This document shows, piece after piece, positions 51,386 through 61,392 of a DNA stretch of 64,000 nt (positions within the stretch are counted from its first letter, which is position 1; each line of letters begins with the position of its first letter). Origin of the DNA: an uncultured cyanobacterium (GTDB lineage: Bacteria; Cyanobacteriota; Cyanobacteriia; Cyanobacteriales; CAWCAG01). The notes under the pieces are model-generated. The model did not search any database and had not been told where the DNA came from. It saw only the letters and a list, made by a program, of their open reading frames with translations. Position numbers and translations under genes: made by a program. The stretch is from contig CAWCAG010000009.1 of assembly GCA_963793425.1 (NCBI GenBank), forward strand, positions 896,001-960,000, read 5' to 3'.

Positions 51386-53152
51386 ATGGTTAGCAATACA
51401 TTTACAAATCAATCATCTTTGGGCAGTAAACCCCGCGACGTAAAAGTAGTTCCCATTGCCAGAGAGACAACTTTATTGCGATCGCGGACTTGGGACAGGT
51501 TGAAGTTTGAGATTGAATATGCTTTGGGGAAAGGGACAACAGCTAATTCTTATTTGATTCAAGGGGATAAGATTGCTATTTTAGATCCTCCAGGGGAATC
51601 TTTTACTGAGATTTATTTGGCAGCGCTACAAAGACATCTCGATCCGAAAACTATTGATTATGTAATTCTGGGCCATGTCAACCCCAATCGGGGAGAAACT
51701 CTTAAGGCTTTATTAAAAATTGCCCCACAAATAACTTTTGTTGCTTCTAATCCTGGGGCGATCGCCTTAAGTAAAGTTTTGGAGAATCAGAAGTTAATCA
51801 TCGAAGTAATTAAAAAAGGAGACACCCTCGATTTAGGGCAAGAACATCACCTCGAATTTCTCCTCACTCCTACACCCCGTTGGCCCGATTCTCTCTGTAC
51901 CTACGACCCCAAAACCGCAGTCCTTTACACCGATAAATTCTTTGGTTCCCATGTTTGTGGTGATCAGGTTTTGGATGAAGGGTGGCAAGTTTATGCAGAA
52001 GATCGTCGTTACTATTTTGATAGTCTCATGGCTCCCTACGCTAAGCAAGTGGAGACAGCCTTAGAAAAGTTTGCTACCAAACCCGCTAAACTTTATGCTA
52101 CAGGTCATGGGCCTTTAGTTAGGTATGGTTTCACGGAATTAACTTCTCTTTATCAAGAGTGGGTGAAAAAGCAGCGTACCCAAGAATTAAGCGTTGCCCT
52201 CCTCTATGCTTCTGCCTATGGCAACACCGCAACTTTGGCACAGGCGATCGCCAATGGTATTACTAAAGCTGGGGTGGGGGTAGAATCTCTTAATTGCGAA
52301 TCAGCCGAACCCGAAGAGATTAAAGCTGCAGTGGAAAAGTCCGCTGGTTTCATTATGGGTTCCCCAACTTTGGGAGGTCATGCCCCAACCCAGGTGCAAA
52401 CTGCATTAGGTATTGTCCTTTCCACAGCCGACAAAACTAAGTTAGCAGGGGTATTTGGTTCCTTTGGTTGGAGTGGAGAAGCTATTGATTTATTGGAACA
52501 GAAATTCAAAGATGGCGGTTATCGCTTTGGTTTTGACCCCATTCGGGTTAAATTTAAACCCACGGATGTTGTTTTGAAAACTTGTGAAGAAGCGGGAACA
52601 GACTTTGCCCAAGCTTTGAAGAAAGCCAGAAAACGGGCCGAAGCAGCAGCGAAGAAGACAGCGGGTAGCACCTCTCAACAGGCAGATAGGACAGAACAAG
52701 CATTAGGTCGGGTTGTGGGTTCTCTTTGTGTGGTAACTACCAAGCAAGGAGAGTTGCAAGGGGGAATGTTGGCTTCTTGGGTATCCCAAGCTACTTTTAA
52801 TCCCCCCGGTTTAACCGTTGCTGTGGCAAAGGATCGGGCGATTGAATCTTTGTTGCATAGTGGCAATACTTTTGTGCTGAATATCCTTGCAGAAGGTGAA
52901 CATTTAGGAATGATGAAGCATTTCCTCAAGCCTTTTAGTCCTGGGGAAGATCGTTTTGCTGATGTGGAGACGGAGGCGACAGAGAATGGTAATCCGATTC
53001 TCAAAGATGCTTTAGCTTATGTTGAATGTAGTGTAGAGAGTCGCATGGAGTGTGGCGATCATTGGTTGATTTATGGGGTAGCAAAAGAAGGTAATTTACT
53101 TGGTGATGGGATTACGGCAGTGCATCATCGTAAGTCGGGGAGTCATTATTGA
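51386..53152 (+). CDS. flv1: Class C flavodiiron protein with non-canonical iron site (Flv1-like)
   Basis: Metallo-beta-lactamase-like domain with GHVNPNR in place of HxEPDH, flavodoxin (YASAYGNT) and C-terminal flavin reductase (GDHW...HHRKSGSHY). Confidence 0.8.
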   Translation: MVSNTFTNQSSLGSKPRDVKVVPIARETTLLRSRTWDRLKFEIEYALGKGTTANSYLIQGDKIAILDPPGESFTEIYLAALQRHLDPKTIDYVILGHVNPNRGETLKALLKIAPQITFVASNPGAIALSKVLENQKLIIEVIKKGDTLDLGQEHHLEFLLTPTPRWPDSLCTYDPKTAVLYTDKFFGSHVCGDQVLDEGWQVYAEDRRYYFDSLMAPYAKQVETALEKFATKPAKLYATGHGPLVRYGFTELTSLYQEWVKKQRTQELSVALLYASAYGNTATLAQAIANGITKAGVGVESLNCESAEPEEIKAAVEKSAGFIMGSPTLGGHAPTQVQTALGIVLSTADKTKLAGVFGSFGWSGEAIDLLEQKFKDGGYRFGFDPIRVKFKPTDVVLKTCEEAGTDFAQALKKARKRAEAAAKKTAGSTSQQADRTEQALGRVVGSLCVVTTKQGELQGGMLASWVSQATFNPPGLTVAVAKDRAIESLLHSGNTFVLNILAEGEHLGMMKHFLKPFSPGEDRFADVETEATENGNPILKDALAYVECSVESRMECGDHWLIYGVAKEGNLLGDGITAVHHRKSGSHY

Positions 53153-53209
53153 TTTGTATATTTTCAGGATCTTACCCCCATACCTTTAAAATTCGTTTAA
53201 GCAAAACTG

Positions 53210-55147
53210 CTACAACAGACACTCTATACACTTACCGACATACTCCCGATACTCCAAATATTCTTGTTTTGTAACCTCCCAAGCTAGGCTTTTGGTCGAA
53301 CCAGGATGAGAAATACTATTGGAATTTCTACGATCAAACAAATTTCTTATCTTAGTACATATCTCATTTTGGATATTGTTTAAACGTAAAAATTTGAATA
53401 CATCGTTGACATCGTAGTCTTTTTGTTTTGATTTTTCCTGCTTAATGCAAATAGCATGGATTTCATTAACTAGATGGTTAAGGGCAACTGAATAGGATTC
53501 ACTCTTTTCACTCAAGATTCTTAGTCTAGTTTGCTCTATCACTTCAGGCATTTGTGATAGCTCTTTCATTTTCATACAACTTAATTTGTAGTATCCAGGT
53601 GTTTCACAATTAGATTTTTTGCCCATAAATACATCAACAATATTTTTCATCTGAACATTTTGTTTAAGCTTTTCAAGAAGAAGACTATTAGAAAAATTAG
53701 TCTGACATAGAAACTTTATAATTAAATCAGCATCGCCCGTAGTAATAATAGACTTCTTCAGACAAAAATTTTCAAATTCGTTTTTTGTTGTCTCATCTTT
53801 CAGTAAAATGATTAATATTTCGAGTGCCTGTATTTTAACTAGATCGAAATTGAAGTTCTCAAAAATCTGCTTTAGTTTACTTCTGTTTTCTGGTTTATCA
53901 AGTATTTGCTCCACGCTTTTGTCTAAAAATTTTTGAAGAATTTCCTTTTGTGCAGAATTCTCTTTAACAATATACTCTTCAACTCTAAATTGTTTGATTT
54001 TTTCTAGCTCATCAAATATATTATCAAGCTTATCCTGGGGCGTTTCGGTAGAGGATTTAGCTTCTTTCTCTTCCTTTTCAAAACTCTGGCTAGAACCATT
54101 GAGCGACGATTTGCGTATGTCCTTAAGCAGTTGCTCTTTTTCTTCTTTGTCTGATAGATGATATAGCTTAGTTTTTGATGAATTTAGCTTGAGACCAAGC
54201 TCACTATATAAAGACTCAGCAATTTGAGAAGAAACGAGATGAATCAGTGAACATTGATAATCTTGATCAATATTTCGATTAAATGTTATGGAGATAAATA
54301 TGTCATCAGTGTATCTAATAATTTTGTGTGAATTAATATCATCTTTATAACTTACTAAAATATCATCTACAACTAAATCTCCGAAAACCAAATATAAATA
54401 ACCAATAAAGCTAGAAATAATGTCGTTGTCTGATTGAGGAATCCCCGACTTGCCATTTGATATAAACTGAAACAAACTAATAATTTGTTCTCTTGTAAAG
54501 ATATCGTAGTTCATATTTTTTTGAGTAGTAGGTTTAATATAACGACTCAAAAAGTGAAGTAATTTGGGGATTGGTAACTCATTAAAATAATTTTCTATAT
54601 CAAGTTTTATAGTTACCTTATTTGAATTATCCGATGTAGTTTCTTCTTTGATTTTCGAGAGATATTCTTGATGAAAACTGCGATGGTAAATGTTTTTAGG
54701 GCTAAGTTGAAGTTTTTCAGATTTATAATGAAGATGGCCACCATAAAAAGAACATATATTTTTATTCTTTTTATAAATCTCAAGTAAAAACTCTTGGGAG
54801 AGCTTGAGTAAATAGAGTCCAACAGTATAATATACTACTCTCATTGGATAAGTGAAAAATTTGAAATCTCTCAATCCAAGACCTGATTTAGGTATAACGT
54901 ATGAAAACACAGAAAACTCTTTCTCTAAAGCATAAAAAAGGCTGCTTGCAATTTTCGTGTTGAAGTAATCATCTGTTTCTTGATTTATGCAATCTGCATT
55001 AATACTTTCATAATAAAACATACTAAGAGTATTAAAATGTCTGTTATTCGTTTTCTGTTTTATCTGAAAATTCAGAAGCTCTAAAGCATCTCGCCAGAGA
55101 CTAAAATCAACAAAATAGCCAAGTTGCGTTTTATTACTACTGCTCAT
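53210..55147 (-). CDS. AbiA-like abortive-infection reverse transcriptase with a C-terminal HEPN-like motif
   Basis: RT motifs IPKSGLGLR, KLDIENYF, GIPQS, IIRYTDDIFI and GLKLNSSKT; a helical middle region; C-terminal RRNSNSISH (Rx4-6H). AT-rich, and no HIP1 site seen. Confidence 0.8.
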   Translation of the reverse strand: MSSSNKTQLGYFVDFSLWRDALELLNFQIKQKTNNRHFNTLSMFYYESINADCINQETDDYFNTKIASSLFYALEKEFSVFSYVIPKSGLGLRDFKFFTYPMRVVYYTVGLYLLKLSQEFLLEIYKKNKNICSFYGGHLHYKSEKLQLSPKNIYHRSFHQEYLSKIKEETTSDNSNKVTIKLDIENYFNELPIPKLLHFLSRYIKPTTQKNMNYDIFTREQIISLFQFISNGKSGIPQSDNDIISSFIGYLYLVFGDLVVDDILVSYKDDINSHKIIRYTDDIFISITFNRNIDQDYQCSLIHLVSSQIAESLYSELGLKLNSSKTKLYHLSDKEEKEQLLKDIRKSSLNGSSQSFEKEEKEAKSSTETPQDKLDNIFDELEKIKQFRVEEYIVKENSAQKEILQKFLDKSVEQILDKPENRSKLKQIFENFNFDLVKIQALEILIILLKDETTKNEFENFCLKKSIITTGDADLIIKFLCQTNFSNSLLLEKLKQNVQMKNIVDVFMGKKSNCETPGYYKLSCMKMKELSQMPEVIEQTRLRILSEKSESYSVALNHLVNEIHAICIKQEKSKQKDYDVNDVFKFLRLNNIQNEICTKIRNLFDRRNSNSISHPGSTKSLAWEVTKQEYLEYREYVGKCIECLL

Positions 55148-55350
55148 TACTCCTTAATTTGGTATAAAATCATCTTTGGTCTAAGATACTTACCTTACAG
55201 CGCTATTTCCCTACTAAGAAATTGCTTGACAAAGTAAGTATAGTTTTTTGTATCCCTATCACAGCAGAACTTAAAAACAATAAGCAATTTTAGCTTCAAA
55301 AGAACAATTGTAAATAAAAGGAGAATAATAAGTTGCGATCACCCTAGAGT

Positions 55351-55536
55351 TTAGATAAGTTTCGAGTCCAGTGATTGGTTAGACCAGCGTTTAATTGGCA
55401 GCTTCGCTAGTTTATGTTTATTAGCCATCTGTCTCTTTTGCAAATCCTTGAACATAGCCTTCAAATCATATTGAAAAGAGCGAGCATATTCTTCCCTATA
55501 TTGATAAATTTCTTCTAGAATCTCATTTTTATACAT
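55351..55536 (-). CDS. Small hypothetical protein, probable partner (antitoxin-like) of the upstream PIN gene
   Basis: 61 aa, EILEEIYQYREEYARSFQYDLKAMF; starts 3 nt after the PIN ORF stop. Confidence 0.6.
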   Translation of the reverse strand: MYKNEILEEIYQYREEYARSFQYDLKAMFKDLQKRQMANKHKLAKLPIKRWSNQSLDSKLI

Positions 55537-55539
55537 AGT

Positions 55540-55941
55540 TTAAGTCTCCCAGTTATATCCTATAAGCTCGTAAGGTGTACAAATAATTGGTAACATAAAC
55601 CCAAGTCCAGAGCTAATCTGAGATAGCTTGCGCTGAATTTGAGCGTTTGCCATATGCTTACAATTCCATGTTAGTAGATAGTCCAAGCCATAAACTGTTG
55701 CTAATGCCATGTGTAGACTATCATTAGATGCTTTTGGAGGAAGATTACTTTGGCTTAAAAATGCCTGTGCAAGTTCTAAAGCCTCCTCTGTAATCTCCAG
55801 GAAATTTAAAGGCTGCAACAGACTTAACCTTTGAGATAAAATTGTAGGATCTCCCTTAGCTGCTTCATCTTCAACAAGTTGCGATGCGTAAAGCGTGAAT
55901 GAATTACTATATTCCTCCCACCAATCTTGCGTAACCTTTCC
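55540..55941 (-). pseudogene. 5'-truncated PIN-domain (VapC-like) toxin gene
   Basis: The open frame extends upstream of the tracked ORF (KVTQDWW...LYASQLVEDEAAKGD...) to an in-frame TAA at 55942-55944 with no start codon. It keeps NDSLHMALA and YLLTWNCKHMAN but lacks the first acidic beta-strand. Confidence 0.7.
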
Positions 55942-56049
55942 TTAAAGCTAGATAGTCTAGAAATACGTAAATATTATAAATCATTTGTACTACTATAGGT
56001 TGGCGATCGCACCAAGAAAATCATGCCCTCAACTCACGCTTAGCCCGAA

Positions 56050-56403
56050 TTGCTTGAAGTTTTTTCCAAGCCGATTCCTAGTAATTTGCAAGAGCTTTAT
56101 CCAGCAGTGGGGAATGACAAAACCCTGAATATATGGCGAGAAGAATGGGAAGAGTTTAAAAAACAAGGTATTGAACTTCTGCGATCGCGACAAAAAAAAG
56201 CTCTTCAAGTAGGGGTAAGGGCAGATTATCATCAAGTTACAGGTAGTCCGGGTAAAACTATTTGTGACTTGGCTGGGGGAGAAGAAGCTGATTTAATTGT
56301 GGTAGGACATCGAGGACGTAGTGGTTTGACAGAGATAATTTTAGGTAGCGTCAGCAGTTATGTTTTGCACCATGCGTCTTGTTCAGTACTGATGGTGCAG
56401 TGA
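56050..56403 (+). pseudogene. Universal stress protein (UspA family), apparently missing its N-terminal ~45 aa
   Basis: GSPGKTIC...ADLIVVGHRGRSGL..IILGSVSSYVLHHASCSVLMV is present; no ILVAxD N-terminal strand is seen upstream. Confidence 0.7.
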
Positions 56404-56420
56404 GTTGTTTAAGTAATAAG

Positions 56421-56514
56421 TATAGCGATTCTTAGGCTAGTGAGGTACAGCCTGGTTTTTGCTAGTGGCTAGTGGCTAGTGGAAATGTACCTCATCAGTC
56501 CGAGAAAGGCTATA
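56421..56514. repeat. Palindromic MITE/REP-like element, family B (full copy)
   Basis: Terminal inverted repeats TATAGC...GCTATA, internal TGAGGTACA/TGTACCTCA arms and a (GCTAGTG)3 core; lies between convergent genes. Confidence 0.75.
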
Positions 56515-56534
56515 AATTAAATGCTTGCTACTTA

Positions 56535-57863
56535 TCATTGCAAAACCCTTGCTTTCTTCGGCAAAGAAATAATAAACTCTGTATAAGCACCAGACTCTGT
56601 TTCAACAATCAGATTTCCCCCATGTTGCCCAACAATTATTTCATGGGTTAAAGATAATCCTAATCCTGTTCCTTCTCCGGTTGGTTTAGTTGTGAAGAAA
56701 GGTTCAAAAACCTTCTCTACGATCTCATCGGGAATGCCTGCACCATTATCACGGATGCTGATTTCTACTGCTTTGGAGTGATTTTTAGTTTTGATCCATA
56801 ACTTGGGTGCAAAGGGTTCTCCTTGTTGAAGATAATGGCTCCAGGCTGCATAACAGGCATTATCAATCAGGTTGATGAAAGCCCGACTTAAAGAAGCAGA
56901 AAATAGTTCTAATTCTCCAATGGATTCGTCATATACAGTGACAAAGGTGACATTGAAGCTATTATCTAAACTTCTTCTGCTGTGATAAGCTAATTGCCGA
57001 GCTTCATCAACTAATCTATTGAGGTGGGTTTTTTGGCAGTACCTATCATCGCTACGGGCATGTTGCATCATGTTACGAATAGTGCTAGCTGCCCTTTGTC
57101 CGTGGGTTTGAATAGCGATCGCATTATTTTTAATATCAGTGGCGATTTCTTGGCATTCTCTTAAGCTTTCCGGAGTGAAAGAATCTGCTTCTCTTGCTAA
57201 AATTTCTAGCAATTCTCCCCCTAATTCTGCTGAACCTTCTGCATAGTTGTTAACAAAGTTGAGGGGGTTGCGTAATTCGTGGGCAACTCCTGCGGTTAAA
57301 GCTCCTAAAGAAGCAAGTTTCTCTTGGGAAATGAGTTGCTGTTGGACTGCTTGGAGTTCTAAAGTTCTTGCTTCCACCTTGTCTTCTAGGGTTTGGACAT
57401 AAACTTCTAGTTGTTTTTGGGCTTTTTCAAGGGCTTGGGTGCGATCGCTCACTTTTTGTTCTAGAGAGCGCGTCAGTTGGCTTAGCTTCAGGTGGAGGTT
57501 GATGCGTGCGATTACTTCCCCTTGTGCAAAAGGTTTGGTTATATAATCTACTGCTCCTAATGATAATCCTTTGACCTTACTATCTACATCTGTTAAAGCA
57601 GTCATGAAAATGATGGGAATGTTTGCGGTTGCGGGGTTGGCTTGGAGGCGGCGACAGGTTTCAAAGCCACCAATTCCTGGCATCATCACATCTAATAAAA
57701 TTAAGGAAACCGCAACGTAGTTAAGTTGTTCTAGGGCTGCTTCTCCAGTGGTGGCGATCGCAAATTCAAAACCAGCATCGGTTAACGTGTCTGATAAAAT
57801 TTCTAAGTTATGAGGACTATCATCAACAATTAGGATAATGTTAGATGGTTGGATTGCATTCAT
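56535..57863 (-). CDS. Hybrid histidine kinase (REC - coiled coil - HisKA - HATPase)
   Basis: IVDD, LLDVMMP, YITKPF; AHELRNPL; NLIDNA, DNGAGI, FFTTK and GTGLGL. Confidence 0.92.
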   Translation of the reverse strand: MNAIQPSNIILIVDDSPHNLEILSDTLTDAGFEFAIATTGEAALEQLNYVAVSLILLDVMMPGIGGFETCRRLQANPATANIPIIFMTALTDVDSKVKGLSLGAVDYITKPFAQGEVIARINLHLKLSQLTRSLEQKVSDRTQALEKAQKQLEVYVQTLEDKVEARTLELQAVQQQLISQEKLASLGALTAGVAHELRNPLNFVNNYAEGSAELGGELLEILAREADSFTPESLRECQEIATDIKNNAIAIQTHGQRAASTIRNMMQHARSDDRYCQKTHLNRLVDEARQLAYHSRRSLDNSFNVTFVTVYDESIGELELFSASLSRAFINLIDNACYAAWSHYLQQGEPFAPKLWIKTKNHSKAVEISIRDNGAGIPDEIVEKVFEPFFTTKPTGEGTGLGLSLTHEIIVGQHGGNLIVETESGAYTEFIISLPKKARVLQ

Positions 57864-57867
57864 GCTC

Positions 57868-60800
57868 TTATCTTCCAGGAGTTGAAGTCTCTATCGCTTG
57901 AGCCAAATAAGTTTGAATCTTTTTGACTTGGAATGTTTTTGCCAAAGCAGTTAAATCCCGAATAAATGGCTGATAACATTTATCTAATTCCGCCAACTCA
58001 GTAAGTTCGTTTTTGATACCTTGTATACGTCCTTGTAAAGATAATTCATGTAAGGTTTTGAGTAAGGCTTGGGGTGGTAAAATCAATTCTGTTGAATCTG
58101 AAGCAGCAGTTAGAGATTTCTCTGTCCCTGAGCTAGTTTCATACACCCATTGTAATTGCAAGCACCTCTCCAAAAGCTTAAGTAGCTCAACAATATCTAT
58201 GGGTTTAGGTAAAAAAGCTTTAGCGCCATAATCTAAACTTTTATGCTGGTTACTTTGGAAAACATCAGCAGAGCAAACAATAATTGGGATCTCCTTTAGT
58301 CGGGGAATTTGAGCCATCTGGGCCATAAGTTCATAGCCATTCATAACAGGCATCATCAAGTCTATAATCATTAAATCAGGAACAAGAGTTTGGGCTTTGG
58401 TTAATGTTTCTTCGCCATTTTGCGCTTCTATCAGTTCAAAACCCAAAGGTTCAAGATAATTGATGATAACTGAGCGATTCTCCCAATGGTCATCTACTAC
58501 TAAAATTGTTAATTTGGCCCCCACGTAGCTAACTATTTTCCCTTTGGAGGGTGATGTTGAGCTTGTTGCCCACTCCTTTGCTTCAGGCAATTCCACATCA
58601 AACCAAAAGTTACTACCCTGCCCAGGTATGCTTTCAAGTTCTAGCTTACTTGCCATCATAGAGACAATTTGAGTACTAATAGCTAATCCTAAACCAGTTC
58701 CTTGAGATTGTTTTTTACTATCGCCAACCTGTTCAAAAGGTTGGAAGATTTTCTCCATCTGTTCCGATGTCATACCTACCCCTGTGTCTTCCACTTGGAA
58801 ACGCAATCGGATCTTGCCTTGATCTTTCCCTAACATCATCACCTTGAAAGTTACGACACCTCGGTCAGTAAACTTAATCCCATTACCAAGCAGGTTAATA
58901 AGAACTTGCCGCAAGCGTTTTTCATCAACTAATATCCCTGTAGGTATTTCATTGTCTAGTTGGTAGTTAAACAAAATTTCTTTTTGTTCTGCACGGATGC
59001 AACAAATCTCGGCAATGCCTTCAATGAAGCCGGAGAAGTGAATTTCTGTAGGGTGCAATTCCATTTTGCGGGCTTCAATTTTCGCAATGTCAAGTACATC
59101 ATTAATGAGGTTAAGCAGATGTTCACCGCATTGGTAAATAATTTCAATACCTTTTTGGCTATGTTGGGATAAAGAATCTTCTCGCCGTAGAATTTGGGCA
59201 TAACCGAGAATGCCATTCAGGGGAGTACGTAACTCATGACTCATATTCGCCAGGAATTCACTTTTTGCTTTGTTGGCAAAATCAGCTTTTTCCTTCGCTT
59301 CCGCTAATTCCACATTCAAATGCAGCAAGTCTTCCTCAGCTTTTTTACGCTCAGTAATATCTTGAAAAGTTCCCAAAATACCGATTACAGTACCTTGAGA
59401 ATCGTGCAATGGTATTTTGTTAGTTTCCTGCCAAGTTTGTTGACCACTGGCTTGATATTGGGTTTCAATAATTCCTAGTTCAGGAGTATCAGAGTTCATT
59501 ACCAGGCGATCGCACTCACGAAACCAGTCGGACTCTGTTTCTTTCCAAGGTAAATCGTAGTCAGATTTACCAAAAATCTCTTCAGGAGAATCAACTCCAG
59601 CTATCTCAGCAAATCTCTGATTACAGCCAAGATAAACAAAATTACAATCTTTCCAAAAAACACACTGAGGAACTGAATCAATAAGCAGTTGTAAAAATCT
59701 CTGGGATTCTTTTAGTTCAACATTCAAACGCTGTAAGTTCTCCTCAGATTTTTTACGCTCAGTAACATCTTGAAAGGTTCCCAAAATACCGATTACAGTA
59801 CCTTGAGAATCGTGCAATGGTATTTTGTTAGTTTCTAGCCAACTTTGTTTACCATTAGCTTGATATTGAGTTTCTATAATTCCTAGTTCAGGAGTATCAG
59901 ACTCCATTACCCGGCGATCCCACTCACGATACCGATCAGCATCTGCTTTTTCCACAGCTAAATCATAGTCAGATTTACTAAAAATTTCTTCAGGAGAATC
60001 AACTCCAGCTATCTCAGCAAATCTCTGATTACAGCCAAGATAGACAGAAGCACGATCTTTCCAAAAAACACACTCCGGAATTGAATTAATAAGTAGCTGT
60101 AAAAACTTCCGAGAGTCTTTTAATTCAGTGTTTAAACTCTGTAAGGCCTCCTCAGATTTTTTACGCTCAGTAACATCTTGAAAGGTTCCTAAGATACCAA
60201 TCACTTTGCCTTGAGCATCATGTAAAGGTACTTTGTTGGTTTCTAGCCAAGTTTGTTTACCATTAGCTTGATATTGTGGTTCAACAATTCCTAGTTCAGG
60301 AGTATCAGACTCCATCACCCGGCGATCCCACTCACGAAACCAATCAGACTCTGCTTTTTTCCAAGGTAAATCATAATCAGATTTACCAATAATTTCTTCA
60401 GGAGAATTGAGTCCAGCTACTTTAGCAATTTTGTGGTTGCAGCCTAGAAAAATAGAATTGCAATCTTTCCAAAAAACAAACTGAGGAACTGAATCAATAA
60501 TTAGCTGTAAAAACTTCCGTGAGTCTTCCAGTTCTTGAGTTCGTTCTACAACTCTATTTTCCAAGGTTTGGGAATAGTCTGCCAATTTTTTAAATGATTC
60601 TTGAAGCTGTTTGGCCATAATGTTAAAAGATTTAGCCAGTTCTCCAAATTCATCTTGGCGTTCTGTGGGTAAGCGTTGTTCCCAATTACCCAGCGCTAGT
60701 TGTTTAGCAGCATTGTTAAGCTGTAATGTGGGCTGAATAACTAGCGATCGCGCCAGCCACCAAACCACAAAAACGGTTCCCCCTAAGACAACCACAAAAA

Positions 60801-61392
60801 TTAAAATAGCGATCATTCCTGCTTGAATTTCTCGCTGAATAACTGAGGTGGCATCAAGTTCAATAACTAAAATACCATCAGTTCTACCAAAATTATCTTG
60901 AATTGGTGCATAGCCGTGCAGGACTAATTCTCCTGCTTCATTACGCCGGAATTTCTCTTCTACAAAGGACTGAGTAAATGAACTATCTTTTAAACGTTTA
61001 GGAACATAACTTGCTACATCACCAACTTGTACTTGAGCAGTTTCTGGGGCAGAGTTGTAATTCAGCACATAGGTAAAACGATTTTTAGAGTCGGAGCGAA
61101 GTGTATAAATTCGTTTAATATCTTGACTGGTAGCTTGAATCTTTTTCAGTGCAGTTTGATTGATGGTGTAATAGGGTGTTTGTTGATCTTTTGGGGATAC
61201 AACTAGACTATGGTAATCAGTGTCTATTTGTGGCACTGCAAGGTTGACGGTTTGTAAGAGGCGATCACGAATACTTTGGCGCTGACTTGAGCGCAATTGC
61301 CAGTACATTACCGATGATAATGCCCCTGCTGTTAAGGCAATGACTAGAGAATAAGAAGCAACAACCTTTGTACCGAGTTTCCAATGCTGCAT
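57868..61392 (-). CDS. Membrane hybrid sensor kinase (periplasmic sensor - HAMP - 3x PAS - HisKA - HATPase - REC)
   Basis: Two TM segments, HAMP (DEFGELAKSFN), three PAS/PAC units, SHELRTPLN, NLLGNGIKFT, GTGLGL and REC (VVDD, DLMMP). Confidence 0.92.
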   Translation of the reverse strand: MQHWKLGTKVVASYSLVIALTAGALSSVMYWQLRSSQRQSIRDRLLQTVNLAVPQIDTDYHSLVVSPKDQQTPYYTINQTALKKIQATSQDIKRIYTLRSDSKNRFTYVLNYNSAPETAQVQVGDVASYVPKRLKDSSFTQSFVEEKFRRNEAGELVLHGYAPIQDNFGRTDGILVIELDATSVIQREIQAGMIAILIFVVVLGGTVFVVWWLARSLVIQPTLQLNNAAKQLALGNWEQRLPTERQDEFGELAKSFNIMAKQLQESFKKLADYSQTLENRVVERTQELEDSRKFLQLIIDSVPQFVFWKDCNSIFLGCNHKIAKVAGLNSPEEIIGKSDYDLPWKKAESDWFREWDRRVMESDTPELGIVEPQYQANGKQTWLETNKVPLHDAQGKVIGILGTFQDVTERKKSEEALQSLNTELKDSRKFLQLLINSIPECVFWKDRASVYLGCNQRFAEIAGVDSPEEIFSKSDYDLAVEKADADRYREWDRRVMESDTPELGIIETQYQANGKQSWLETNKIPLHDSQGTVIGILGTFQDVTERKKSEENLQRLNVELKESQRFLQLLIDSVPQCVFWKDCNFVYLGCNQRFAEIAGVDSPEEIFGKSDYDLPWKETESDWFRECDRLVMNSDTPELGIIETQYQASGQQTWQETNKIPLHDSQGTVIGILGTFQDITERKKAEEDLLHLNVELAEAKEKADFANKAKSEFLANMSHELRTPLNGILGYAQILRREDSLSQHSQKGIEIIYQCGEHLLNLINDVLDIAKIEARKMELHPTEIHFSGFIEGIAEICCIRAEQKEILFNYQLDNEIPTGILVDEKRLRQVLINLLGNGIKFTDRGVVTFKVMMLGKDQGKIRLRFQVEDTGVGMTSEQMEKIFQPFEQVGDSKKQSQGTGLGLAISTQIVSMMASKLELESIPGQGSNFWFDVELPEAKEWATSSTSPSKGKIVSYVGAKLTILVVDDHWENRSVIINYLEPLGFELIEAQNGEETLTKAQTLVPDLMIIDLMMPVMNGYELMAQMAQIPRLKEIPIIVCSADVFQSNQHKSLDYGAKAFLPKPIDIVELLKLLERCLQLQWVYETSSGTEKSLTAASDSTELILPPQALLKTLHELSLQGRIQGIKNELTELAELDKCYQPFIRDLTALAKTFQVKKIQTYLAQAIETSTPGR

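Noticed and set aside
53210..55147. RT as a group II intron, retron or DGR enzyme
   Set aside because: There is no YADD/maturase-HNH layout, intron domain V, VTG retron motif, template/variable repeat pair or avd gene; the C-terminal Rx4-6H fits AbiA better.
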